Shown piece by piece: positions 24,859-37,283 of a DNA stretch of 64,000 nt. Numbering within the stretch: the first letter of the stretch is position 1; every line of letters begins with the position of its first letter. The position numbers were made by a program, and so were the translations under genes. Below the pieces are notes generated by a model that was given only the letters and a program-made list of their open reading frames with translations, ran no database searches and was not told the origin of the DNA. Origin of the DNA: Phoronis australis (Eukaryota; Animalia; Phoronida); NCBI GenBank assembly GCA_002633005.1, contig NMRA01000013.1, positions 380,490 to 444,489 of the forward strand, in the 5' to 3' direction.

Positions 24859-26122
24859 TTCCTGGGATCTGGAAGGCTTTCACCGGGAGCAGATTATTAT
24901 GATGTCATCACGGTCGTACCTTTGACACCCTCACCCGCATTGCCACCTTCCCCGTCCCTCGCAGTCGCCACCCGTGTCCAGCACTCGCACCCCTCTTCTG
25001 GTGCCCAGGGCAACTGCCATGCCTCTCACTACTCCACTGAGACACTTGACAATGTCAGAATACTCGGATAAAAGACACAGTGACTGGCAGTTTCGTAGCC
25101 AAAGGGGGTGGGGGACACAAGAGAATCATGACACCCCTGGTTATTCCCAGTCAAAATTATGTGCATACTGCTTATACACGTACATGTAGCTCTTGGCAAG
25201 GTCTGCCATGGGTGGCTCAGCACTGACAAAGGTGGGGCTATAGACCCCCAGCCCCCTGTGGTGTATTGCCCTTAGACCACGGGCGGCGCAGCACTGAAAA
25301 AGTGGGGGCTATAGCCTCCCCCAGCCCCCTATGGCTGGTGCGCCGCCCATGTCTATCTTCATATTTCGAAAGAGCTGTCTAGGGACTGTTAAACTGAGCT
25401 CCCGTAAAGCAAAAATTTGAAAAAAGTAATCAAATTTCATTTAAATAGGACAGTGAACGATGTTTGTGTCATACGAATGATAAAACAGGTCTAGAATCGA
25501 TGCTGTTCTTTTACCGTGAGACGTTTGTTGCACGTTCCAGTAAAAGATCTTCATAATTAAGTCATCAGTAAATCTCAAATAACTCTAGAACGCTAAATCG
25601 TAGCTTTAATTAAATAAGTTGAGCTTTATGTATGCGAAACTCATTAGGGGAAAACGAAAGTGCGGTAAGACGATCACTTCACTGTCAATGAAATCACTTC
25701 TTCCCGATACGGAAGATGTGCAAAAATAAATTAGTGCTATCAAAATACATAAACGAGATATTTATCACTTCGAATAAGTGAAAAACCTGTAAAATGCATA
25801 AGCTGATGACCTGCTCACTTCAAGCTCATTAATGTCTAACACAAATTAGAAACTGAATATTCATTGTCGAGATGTTTGATGATACACTTATGAGATTAAG
25901 TCATATTTAAATTAAGCATCATATATTTCGTTCAAAATAAGTTCTTTGAAACGATTTCTCAAATTTACTGCCTAATTATCTGAAATTTACATTTTCTGCG
26001 TGCAATTTTCCGACGAATTTGGTGAAGAATGGCAAATGTTAAAGTTAATAATCGTGCATAATGCGTCATTATTGATAAAAGCACTGTCTTGGTCATTTTA
26101 ATAAATACATTAAACATTACTG
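24859..26122 (+). repeat. Copy 2 of the ~1.2-kb duplication (lacks the HERO insertion)
   Basis: Continues ...AAACATTACTG|ATAACATT where copy 1 continues into the retroelement. Confidence 0.95.
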
Positions 26123-27142
26123 ATAACATTAAACGAGCAAAATAGGTAAAAATAACAGTAAAAATATACGTTTTTTAGTCATCCCGCCATCTCCCAGTGA
26201 TGGCATATGAAAATACTTTGAAATATACACTAGGACCATTTTTTCGTTTTCACTAAACACGTGATGGATTCAGATTTTCAAACTGTTTCAACTGAACGAG
26301 TATGGAAAGGTTGGTGATATTTTGTTGTTAACAAAGATCATGAAAACGAAGGAATTGTGAAACAAAGCTGTCCCAACTTTTGGATTGTTTTTGCTGACTT
26401 TTCTGAGAAACTGACCCCAAGTCACAATCAGGAACAAGGAAAGGTACCAACTGAACAGACACCTATAATTTCGTCAAAATCCTGCCATCCTAGTCGTCAA
26501 TTTCTTTCTCTAAAGTCTCTACTCTGCGTTGTAGTAAAACGTCATTTTTAATTGAGTCTAACCATAGACTATGGTCTAACACTTTTGAAACAATTTGAGA
26601 GAGCCCCGTGAAAATATAAGTAACATACCCAACTGAAGTTGTGCCTTTGCATATCCACGAGACCAAAAATGGAATATTCATCAATATTTAACAGATTATT
26701 TGAGTTTTAATTTGTACCCCTAGATTTTTGGTCAATGTTAAAATATTTCATGAATTTACAAAGATGTAATGAAAATAGCTTGCGATTTTTTTTTTTGGTA
26801 AAATGGAAGTATTGGCACCTTTCATTTGTTCACGCAAGTTGTGTTTTTCATGGCAAAATATGTTTTCAGCGATATTTTGTTAAGTTGTCTGGTAACGAAT
26901 TGTGTTTTGATAAAGGCAGTTCCATTAAATGATGTTGGCAATACCTGTTGTATCTTATCTGCTGTAGGTCCTGGCAAACAACCAAAATTTATTACATTGT
27001 TCACATGCAGTTTACTTGTGTGCTGAAATGATCGATCGGAAGAAACGTCTATTTTGTAGGCAATTTTCTTTACTGTTGTGTCTTGTTCGCCCAGTGCTTT
27101 GTCATTCAGGTTGTAACTGTGGCTTTTGATTATTCAGACCTC

Positions 27143-27650
27143 AATCAGAATCAGAAATGTTTATTGTATGTAGGCCTTGGCCTCATAATACAGTTAACAT
27201 TACATGTACAGCATTACAATGATTTCAGCTCTTACACGTATCACAATGCCCTTGAAAAAGCGCCAGGCTTTTTAGTTCACAAAAATCCTAGCTTTGAAAT
27301 AATCTAACTACATTGTACTTTGGCATCATCTGTCACATTCGTCAGCAAATTTCTGCGCACGTCACCAAGGACAGAGCAGTGACACGTAAAATGAATCTCG
27401 TTTTCAATTTGACCAATATTGCATATTCCACAAATTCTCTTATCCTCGATTAGACCTGCCTGTTGCCCTGATTCAATGTAAAGATTGTGCATTGAGCATC
27501 TAAAACGAGCAAGTATTTTCCTTAAGTTGGGGTCTTATAAGTTCTGCAGTTCCGTTTTGATAGTACAATAGAATTGATATTTATTCGAATTATTAATTAC
27601 AGAATGCCACTTTTGTACGCCGCTGTCAATTAATCTCTGACGAAATCATG
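27143..27650 (-). mobile_element. 3' end of an RTEX-like LINE
   Basis: RKILARFRCSMHNLYIESG...RICGICNIGQIENEIHFTCHC (C-terminal CCHC knuckle). Minus-strand AATAAA at 27160-27165 is followed by a (TTCTGA)n tail. Confidence 0.8.
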
Positions 27651-29089
27651 AAAAGAATAAATCTACATGTATGTCACGCGGTCTGTAAACCCGTAGGTAT
27701 ACAGTAGCATTTTTACAGAATACAAAGTGTTTGCCCAGTTGTGCCTGCCGCCGTCCTCACATTGTTGCCGTAACACATTGTTGCCGTAACACATTGTAAC
27801 ACTGAATATCATAGAGAATAATCGAGGGCTTAGAATGCAGCAAAGGTAACATAAATTACGAGTAATACATATCATAAGCAAGAGGTACGCGCCTCAATAA
27901 TCAGAGGTGAGCAGTTGAAAGTAGGTGATTGCAGGGTGGGCAGGTACAGAACCTGTAGGATGATGTCCAGGGGATCAGGGAAGTAATAAACATAAGACAA
28001 GTCTGCTGAAGAAGAGGTGGGAGCAAAAACGGGGAGCGCCCCTCAACCAAAACGTTGGGAGCGCAGAGTAGCTTTCTGCCCTCCAATATTCCAGGTATTG
28101 ATATCAATTAATTAACAATTAGTTATTAAAACTTTCAACATACAAACTTTGTTTTAAAACAAAATTGAAAAGATAACAGACTCTCCTCCCCCAGCCATCA
28201 AACGTTTCCTACGCCAATGACCTCTTATGCCTTCCAAACACGGGTTCAGATCTTTGATTCGAAATTTCACACCTTACGGCATTCTACCTTCAAGCAGTGT
28301 GGTCTGTGCCCAATTACAGCCCAAATAGCGAATCAAGAAGGAAAATAGGGGGTCCAAATCCATTTGACTCCCCATGGATCCGCCTGTGCTCAACTGAGCT
28401 GCCTAAATCTTGAGAATTTGTTTCTTTACTCACAGCTGTTATATTTTTCTATCATTTTATCTTTACTGCGAGTTCCTCTTTTGACTTATGACGTTTTCTA
28501 ATAATAAGAACTGCACCTTTGATCCAGTCAAATTATTTAGGGACATAGTCCTTAAATTAGGGGCGTTGCATGAAAAGATCCTTACTTATTTTCAATAATT
28601 TTGAGAATTCAACATAGAAAACTCACAACTACGCAGTAGATTTAGGGAACATAGTGGAGTCGTTATTTGGAACTGTTTCGTGCAACCGGGCACTTCACCC
28701 CCAGCACCCGTGCCTGACGAGATCTGAAATGGGCAGCGAATTGGGGTTGGGTTGTGGTGAATGAAACTGGGAGCAACAGGGGTAGAGAGCTGACAACTAG
28801 CAAAAGATGGAATTCCTGCCTGCAGTCCAGTAAACCTGCCTTGTATGCCCCTATAAAACAGCCAAGATGCCTGTTGAATGCACAGTTCATTTAGGGTAGC
28901 TTTTTACGATGCAGCACTCGCAAACTATTCACATTTTATCAAATCAGCTATCAGCGGTTAGTTAAATGCATATTCAGTCTACATTGGCAGGTAAAAATAG
29001 TCAACTTCAAAGTAAATAAGGTAAGGACGCCTTAATTCCTGACTTGATGGTTTAAGACCCGTGTCAAAACCAAAACGACATCATCACTG

Positions 29090-29220
29090 AGTGAATAAAT
29101 AAAAAAGCAACAAATAATAATTAATAAATAACAATAAATAAATAATGAAGTATAGATAAAAACAAATGTATAATAGCATAACAAGAATAAAATTAGTAAA
29201 TAAATAATAATAGTAAATAC
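29090..29220 (+). repeat. Degenerate (AAT/AAAT)n simple repeat
   Basis: Direct reading. It explains the spurious hydrophobic ORF 29084..29290. Confidence 0.85.
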
Positions 29221-31269
29221 AAATGTCTTTCAGATCTGAATGTAGTAAGTGCTGCAGAAAGAAATGAAAGATAATAGTTAGAAACATCAATGGGCATAGG
29301 ATAAACTAATCAGTAGTTCCCAAAATCATACAAACCATGTACCATGATTTTCTATATATTAAGCGATCAAATGCAGGGAATAGTTAATTACCCAGTCCAT
29401 CACTGATTGACTTGCAACAGTTTCACGCAAAAACATCCCTTGTATCAATCGTGAACATCATCTATCTTAATCAGTGCGGAAGCAAAAAAGCATAAGTCAC
29501 GAATTTTCAATTAACTATTGCTGCAGCCGTAGGCAGTGCAAAAAGCACCGCTGCTTTTTTATCGACCGGAGCTGTCGTATCTTGCCATATAGTTGTTTAT
29601 TGCACACACGCACGCTAGACGTCTCTACGATCCATGAAACAACAATGTCCGCCTGTGGCCGTCCAATGGGAAGGTGAATTGTCTCCCTCTCTCAGCCTGT
29701 GCATGTAACCCAGAGATGACTCGTTGTCTTTGCACGAGTCACGAGCGGGCCCTTCGTACCGTCTGTGTACTTCCTGAAGTATTTTGCGCGTGTGCTCGGC
29801 GACTTCGTGACGACTTCGTGGCAACATGAGATTTTTTACCAGATCGCCAAACACAATTTTAGGTTGCATTGGTGAAATCGAGCGCTGTCAAATGACGAGA
29901 ATTTTACAGCCTGTATCAATATTTTATAATCTCTAATCCGACGAAAGTTTTTTCAGTGTTTTGTTGAAACATTTTGAGAACACTTTCTTATAACAGGGAC
30001 AATGTATTTCATGAAAAATAGTTTGAAGGTTTTAGCTAAATCAGCTGAAAGTGCGGAATACAAGTCTATTTCAAAAACGTTACATAATCATTACTGGTAA
30101 TATTTTATATGTTTACCATTTCATTACATAAAACAAACCGATGAGTGGAAGGCCAGATCGGACTCAATCCATTAATATTAACAGACACAAAATAATTGAA
30201 CGCCTACAAATCAGCTTGTCAAAGAGATGTATTTATGTGGCTTCTCCCATTATCCGTCTAAGCAAAGTACAAAGTCAAGCAGACTTGATAATGGCGACTC
30301 AATAACAGTTATTCAGTCTCCAAACCGTGTGTGTTTGAAATTTCCAGGTAGAAGCGTGGCTGAAAGGAAACACTATAACATGGACTATTGGCGTGTTTAC
30401 GTTCCTGATTTGATAAGATGGCGCCTGCAGCCCTGCATACCACTTATTTTGACATTTTACGAGTTAGTAGAAATAGGAATACATATCAAATTTTACTTCT
30501 TTGCATCAGTAATGCATTTCACCACTGTTGGACACGGCATGAAGTCACCGCCACAACAGGCAATCGATTCAGTTTCTTATAAATGATTCACCCGTGACCG
30601 CTCGATGACATGCCACATGTTCCGCTTCATTTGGTTTCGTGTAACTTTCATGCTAGATACTCATTTGCTATTGCATATGTAAGTCTGTGTCTCGCAAGAC
30701 TTGTCAAGCTCGTGTGCCTTGGATGCACTAGTATGAAGTTGGGTAACCTTGTGTTTGCCATTCTAGGCTGGTGCCCACAGTACATGAAGATTGTTTACCT
30801 AATGCGGGCACCAGAGTGAGCAATCTTTAAATGACAAACGGAAAATACCGTAAAAACGGTTTTGCCCCAATAACTTAACTTTTGTCGGTCTTAAAGGTGT
30901 AGTTTGCCCTGCGGTGGACTTTCAGCTCTGTTTTGGCCTGCAGTGCTGAAAATTTAGTCGTGTGCATCACAGGTTTTTGAAAATTTGTATTACGATCTCC
31001 TGGTTTTGAAAAAATGATGTCATTTTGAAAAGGCATGGTTTTAGAATACGTTTTTGGTTTATTCAAAAATTCATTTTGTACAAACCTTAACAAAAATAAG
31101 GCGTATGAAGTTTGTCTTGATATGGGACAAATTTCTCTGGAAAAGACGACGAAAACTAATCCACATCTGAGGTTCACTTTTGTCTTATTTTTCCTACTAT
31201 TTGCCTCGCAATCCCACTTTATCACACTCTTCATTAATGTTACATGATCATCACCCTTCTCAAACTCGT

Positions 31270-31760
31270 TCAGCTTGCTGCGCCAAGTCAGTGGCGACGA
31301 AAGTCATCTGGGCCCACGATGCAACACGACATCGGACATTCTAGACAGTTCAACCGTCTCAACTGACAACAGAGACGGTAGTCATCTCATAGGTGTCCCA
31401 TGTACCGGAAGCTTTTCGGCGTACTATGCCTCGCAGTTATGGAACCACTCTGTTACCAGCAGTACATTTTGTGCATAGAGGGACACCTTAGGAGGTTGTT
31501 GGTGTCTTTAGCTCTTCGCAGCTCGAACAAATACTCCCACAATCTTCGTTCAGTTGCCCAATTTGACAACTGTCTATTACATTGCTCGCGCCAAATGATA
31601 CAGGGGCGTCATATCCCCTGGCGCGAGCAGTGTAAAAATGGACAGTTGCCGATTTGGGCCTCTGATTGGGGGACTGTTCGAAAAAAGTTTGATCACGGGA
31701 GTACTTGTTTGAGTTGGAAGGAATGAACAACGGCCGTCAAAGGTGCCCTTCTATTAGGAA
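31270..31760 (+). mobile_element. Decayed L1/Tx1-like ORF2 C-terminal remnant
   Basis: Frameshifted pieces VIWAH..., TETVV/HLI..PC..SF, VMEPL and YYIARAK resemble the L1-clade zinc-knuckle region. Confidence 0.3.
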
Positions 31761-32275
31761 AAGATACTCACAACAGAATGACTTTGACGGTTTAATCAGA
31801 GTACGGCATGATTCGCCGAATAACTTCTGGCGCATGGAGGGCCTATAGGATGGCCACCGTCACTACTGCCATCGAGACGGTGGTACTGTCTATGGACATT
31901 CCTGACTCAACTCCTACACAATCCCCTGATCCCTCCCTATAGCTCCCCCCCCCCTCCCCGCACAAACAGGGCTCCTTTGTATGCAATTGCACCCGAGACC
32001 ATTAGTTGCCTAGTGCTTGTTGTCACACAGAACACATACATGTACTGTACCTCAAGTAATAAGAAATAAGAAATGCAAAATTGATAATTCTGAGTAGGTG
32101 CATACAAGCAATGTCAGCAGTATTGTCGACTTAACAGCAACTAGTTATTAATGCAAAATATATGGACACAATCCTCAGTAAGGAACATTTTTATTATGGC
32201 TTTTCATTTCCCTAAGGAAGCTGAGTATGGCTGTTCAGAAAACGTGTGTTGCATACGCCTATACCAAACGTTTAA

Positions 32276-33185
32276 AGGCGAAGACAACCCTTTTCACGTC
32301 ATTGTTAGCAAAAATAAGGTTCGTTGATTATCCCACACATATTTTTCAGTTAATTACAGCTTTTTGTAATTTAAACAATTACTCTTCCTCTACTCCGGAA
32401 GTGACGTTTTGGGAGGCAAGAATTTCGCGCCAATTTCTTTTCATCAATAGTCTAACTGTAGGGCTGCCGAGTCAGTCATTGTACTATCTCGGATGTGATA
32501 AGTCCGGTCGACGTATGCTTTTGTTTACAAGTCAGTCAACATGCCACACAGTTGCTGCGTGCCGGGATGTACTCATTATCGTCTCACGGACAGAGGAAGA
32601 ACAGCCCCACTTGACCGAGTGTCCCGCGACACACTCCCACTGGATAGTGACCTGAGCTCAAAAACTGCTTACATCCCGCAGCCTGACTCCCTCGCCACAC
32701 ACCTTTCACCTTCTAAATAGCTCCAGTATTTTAGACAAGTCCACAATAAACTTATCAAAGGTTGGTTCACCGATCTGTTCATTGCACGACTAACTCTCCT
32801 GTGGGTGTTTAACTGTGCCTGTATTAACTCCCACCATTCAACATCGCAGCAGGGCTGCTTACAGGCTCTGGGCGGTGATGAATACATCTTGGTACGCAGC
32901 AACAGTGTGACATGTTGACTGACTCGTAAACAAAGGCAAACGACGACCGAACTCATCACAACCGAGGTAGAACAATGACTGACTCGACAGCTCTCACAGT
33001 CAGACTATATGAAAAGAAATTGGCGCGAAATTCTTGCCTCCTAAAACGTCACTTCCGGAATAGGGAAGAAATAGTTAATTAAAATACGAAAAGCTGAAAT
33101 TAAAAGAAAAATATGCATGTCTGGGATCGATAATCAACGACACTTCTATTTGCTAAAAATGACATGAAAAATGTTGCCTTCGCCT
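32276..33185. mobile_element. Kolobok-like fold-back element with ~300-bp inverted arms, each containing a THAP-gene start
   Basis: TTAA on both flanks (32272-32275, 33186-33189) and AGG...CCT termini. The arms align from the ends to ~32578/32875. ATG 32541 gives MPHSCCVPGC; minus-strand ATG 32913 gives MSHCCCVPRC. Confidence 0.88.
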
Positions 33186-35744
33186 TTAACGGAGCTTCAC
33201 GGGCTTCGGAAGCAACGAATATTATGATTACGTCAAAATCCAATTTCCTCGCATGAGCAACTTCCACGGGTAGGTATCTCAAACTCGTCAGTCAAGTTTA
33301 TCATGTGGTGGTAGAATGGAGATCGTCATTTTGCACTCACAAGAACACTGAATCGTTTATCTATGACTGAATGACCATTCTTCCAGAGCAACTGTCAATA
33401 ACAGGCTATTAAATATCTTCAGGTTTCTTCTTAAAGAGCTTACCCAACAGGTAGATGCGAAGCGTTTTTTCCAAGCGTAGCTGAGAGGATTTCCAGTCTA
33501 CTAATTTCATAACAAAAATGTGAAATGAAACACTTGCACTTATGGCTTAATTGTCATATCTAAAATTAAAATAGTGATTGACTTTTTCCCGTGAAAATTA
33601 CGGAAGAAAGTTGTTTAGTAGAGTGCTCTAACGGAATTTCAAATTCGTGTTAACAGCGCACTTAATTAGCAAACCCGTTCGAGAATTCGCCATTGTTACA
33701 TCTGGTAAACTGATCGTCCATTACAATGACACTCTGTTCTTTCTAAAATCTTTGCAAAGCTCTTACTGTGTACAACTCGCACGTTGCCGACACGTTGCCT
33801 TGGGCGAGTTCAGTTGTTATCTTGCCGCCCGTTATTTTTGTGTTCATGACTCATCATTGTGGACCGTTGTGTGTAGTTCTGTTGACTGGCAATTATGTAG
33901 TTTAAACCAACAGCTTCTCAAACGATTATGTCTTACCCCTTGTTCACGAAGCACTTCTACTCTTCACATATTACTTCGCATGCCCTCGTGGTCTGATTAG
34001 TGACCTCTCTGCATGACATTGCGTCATTATCACGAGCGCCTCAAGGATTAACAACGTAGTACAACTATTGTCCTGGTCAAGGATCTTCACACCTGTGATG
34101 TAAAGTAATGGATAATGGATTTTTCTCGCCTTGTACATATCTTACTGCATGTGCGTACTGACTGCATGGATTATATATGCATGTTGATAATATTTTGTAA
34201 TTTTGAAGCTTCTCGTTATAGTTTTGGTATGTAACCTTCTATTGATCATCTGTCCAAGAACTGGCATTATGGTGGTATACATGTAAGTAGTGACAAACGC
34301 TGAGGGGCGACCTTGGGAAATTTGTGGAGACCGAGCGTGGGGTGTTGGGGAGAATTTCTTGAAGATCGGGAATAGGGGCTTACGTCAGTGTACGCAGACA
34401 TTTTACATTCAGGAAATGTGGTTGCCCTAACGGCACCTTAGATCTACCGGTTTGCAGATTTCGGTTTTGAGAGCCACCATTAGGCAGCCTTCTTGATCCC
34501 CAAGGCCCCCATCATGACAACTGGTCTAGTTTCTTCTAGCCCACCAAAAATGTAAGCCCACTGCTTTGTATTTTTGGACTGATCCAGACCATGTAAAATT
34601 AGGAAATGAAACCACTCGGCTCGGTGAATTTTAGAGGCCTCGAGGTTTGATGTAAAATATTGATTTAGTAGCCGCCGGACCTGCTGGACCGGTTCCAGCG
34701 GGGCCAATGTCTTGTCTGTTTCGCTGACAAATTCAGCGTAGACAATAACGAGCAACTACATGTACGTGTATATTGTATAAAGTAAGGCGCGGTTACTGAA
34801 ATAACAACACTCTAGCGAAAAGTACTGCAAAACTAGTATCGACAGTGGCTGTTTAAGGGAAGGTAATGGGCCAAAGTATTAACTAGACCAGTTCATAGAT
34901 ATTTATTCTATGAGGAAATTGAGAGTGTTGCTAGGATATTAGACACATAGTTAAAGGTGTGGTGTGCTTTCATATTGTGTTCCCCGTATCTACTCACACG
35001 AGGCTTCGTTAGGCCAGGTCTTGTCGTTGACTCAACCTTTAAAGTGGAACTTGCAGGTTAATTCCTTATCTCAGTCTTTGATTGCTTGGCCAAATTGGGT
35101 AGAATTACACAACATATGGCGGCGATGTGCATATGAAGTAGGTTGAAAATTGACAAATGTTTTTAAGAACGACTTTGGTGGCGAAAATGATCCACCGCAA
35201 ATCACTGAACCATATCCAGTAAGTATCGTGACGAGGTGCTGGGAATAACACTGCATGATGCGGGATTTAATTTGTGAGCCTTGAGGTACGTCATTGATGC
35301 AAGGGTCACTTATTTTTAGATTTTTTGTTTTCACATTTACAAACTGTCAATGAATTCTAATGCAATTTGTTCAGCGTAGATAATTTTAAAATAGAATTGC
35401 TGTTTATTTCCTGCTATACCTTAGCATAATTAGAAGCATATAAATACATCTTTAATATACATCTTTAATTAGAAAGTCTAGATTAGAAGAGGCAGGCAAA
35501 TATTAATTCGGACTACACGTCACATACACATTAGTCATGTCGGAGCTCTAAGAATAAGGTATTTTACACTCATTACTGTGTGGTCACGAGGAGTATGGAT
35601 TGATTACTTATATTAAAATAACACGATTTATTCCAAGAAAGCAAGAAAGTCAAAGTATGCGTCACGATTTTTGCATGCGGTGAATGTGCAGATAATTTGA
35701 CGATCGCACAAGCGCACAGACGTGGGATGGCTTTTGATCTGGGT

Positions 35745-35820
35745 TGACGTCATCACCCCACGTGACAAGAGTTTGAAGTATTATAAAGTCGAAGCTGGGA
35801 TCACAATTTTAACACTTTCT
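35745..35820 (+). promoter_or_regulatory. Core promoter of the neuropeptide gene: CRE + E-box + TATA
   Basis: TGACGTCA at 35745-35752, CACGTG at 35759-35764 and TATAAA at 35782-35787. Inr-like CACTT ~30 nt downstream and ATG at 35850. Confidence 0.8.
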
Positions 35821-35849
35821 ACATTCCCGTACGTGTACCAGACAAGACA

Positions 35850-35918
35850 ATGGCATTTCTCTCGCAGAATTTGGTTTGCATCTCTGTTTTGTTGGCGACG
35901 CTTCTGATCGTGGAAAAG
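35850..35918 (+). CDS. Allatostatin-C/somatostatin-family-like neuropeptide precursor, coding exon 1 (signal peptide)
   Basis: ACAATGG start context; encodes MAFLSQNLVCISVLLATLLIVEK; consensus donor AAG|GTGAGT, phase 0. Confidence 0.85.
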
Positions 35919-37025
35919 GTGAGTATGTGTGCATCATAGCGCCTAAATTTAAAGCTGGATTCGTCCTGTTCGGGTGGAAAAAAACAATATGGAATTAAGA
36001 CTCTGACTTTCATGAAATAAGTTTTATAGTGTTCATTACCATGGCATAATTCTATTTGTGTTACCACCAAGAACAACGAAACCATCGACGATGAAAGAAA
36101 ACGTAGTCTATTGGGGTTGATCGACCTTAAAATTGCATATTCGAAAATGGCGCTCGTGTACATGCTGATCTGCTGTAGAATGCCGTGAGGACAAGGGACA
36201 ACAACCTTTCAACGGCGTTTTATTTCTTTTGGTGGGTCCGTGGTTGGGAGGGCGGTCACCCCTAAGTCTGCCCAGATAATATCTGAGGTAACCAATCATC
36301 CTCACTGGTTGCATTTCTTCAAATATACTTTAAATGCTACGTTTCCACCCATAAAACCTCATACTTGCAAATCATTAGATTCACAAAATACTACCCAGAC
36401 GCTTACAGTTACATCGTGAAGACGTTTTTTTATTCTAAAAACGCGTATTTTTATTCATCAGACGAAATTTCCGTACACAAATTAAATTGCTCAATATTTC
36501 TTTATTTTGTGATATTAAGCATGTTCCTGTTTTTCATGTCAAGCCTTTTGCCAGGGGACTTGGTGCTCGAAAGTAGGAACAAACTCGTCATTGAATTTTG
36601 AAGTTTTGTCAGCCAACCTCTGGCTTTACCACTCGGACTGTGTGTGTACATGTAGATGGGAAGGACATAACTTGATTTAAGAACGTTCTTCAACTGAATT
36701 TCGGCCGTTAATTATTTTCAAAACCCTGCCGTAATAATTAAATGACTGTTACTTAGTAAATAAGTACGACCGCACATGTATGTTTCCCCCATTTGGCAAG
36801 GTTGGCATGGATACTTGTAGTATATACAGTAGTAAGGCTTCCTTAAACGCTTGCTGTAAGATTTTCGAACTAATTTTGACGAAGCCGTTTATGAAAATTC
36901 CTTCATTTGCGGTGCTGGCTCAGACGTTATTTGTCTCAAGGTTTGCACTCTCCACGTAATTCAGTTTGCAAATAGCCCTCTTAATTTGTAATGTGTAACC
37001 AAGGGTACTATTTGTGTTGTTGTAG

Positions 37026-37283
37026 GCCACAGCAAACGTCATCAGGGGTCCGTTCAGGAGGCATACCGCAGTTGCTGAAACGAACGAAAACGTTTCATCG
37101 GACTCAAAGGTGCCTGAAGCCATTTTCAGGACTTGGAAAAAGGCTGAAGCTAAACAAAAGAGGCGACATCCGTCATACGATTTATCATCGTTTAACACAG
37201 ATGACTTTCGATGTTTCCTTCATCCTATCAACTGTATGTCCTTTGCGCCCTCTGGTGAAGATTTTGAACAAAGCAAGCGATAA
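37026..37283 (+). CDS. Allatostatin-C/somatostatin-family-like neuropeptide precursor, coding exon 2
   Basis: ttgttgtag| acceptor; phase-0 frame open for 85 codons: ATA|NVIRGPFRRHTAVAETNENVSSDSKVPEAIFRTWKKAEAKQKRR|HPSYDLSSFNTDDFRCFLHPINCMSFAPSGEDFEQSKR*. Shows an A-x-A signal cleavage site, basic cleavage sites and a C-x6-C ring. Confidence 0.8.
   Translation, partial: ATANVIRGPFRRHTAVAETNENVSSDSKVPEAIFRTWKKAEAKQKRRHPSYDLSSFNTDDFRCFLHPINCMSFAPSGEDFEQSKR

Noticed and set aside
36555-36572. In-frame 18-nt micro-exon (GTWCSK) in the neuropeptide intron
   Set aside because: The acceptor is good but the donor (GTAGGA) is weak, and direct exon 1-exon 2 splicing already gives a clean A-x-A signal cleavage. 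Unsupported without RNA data.
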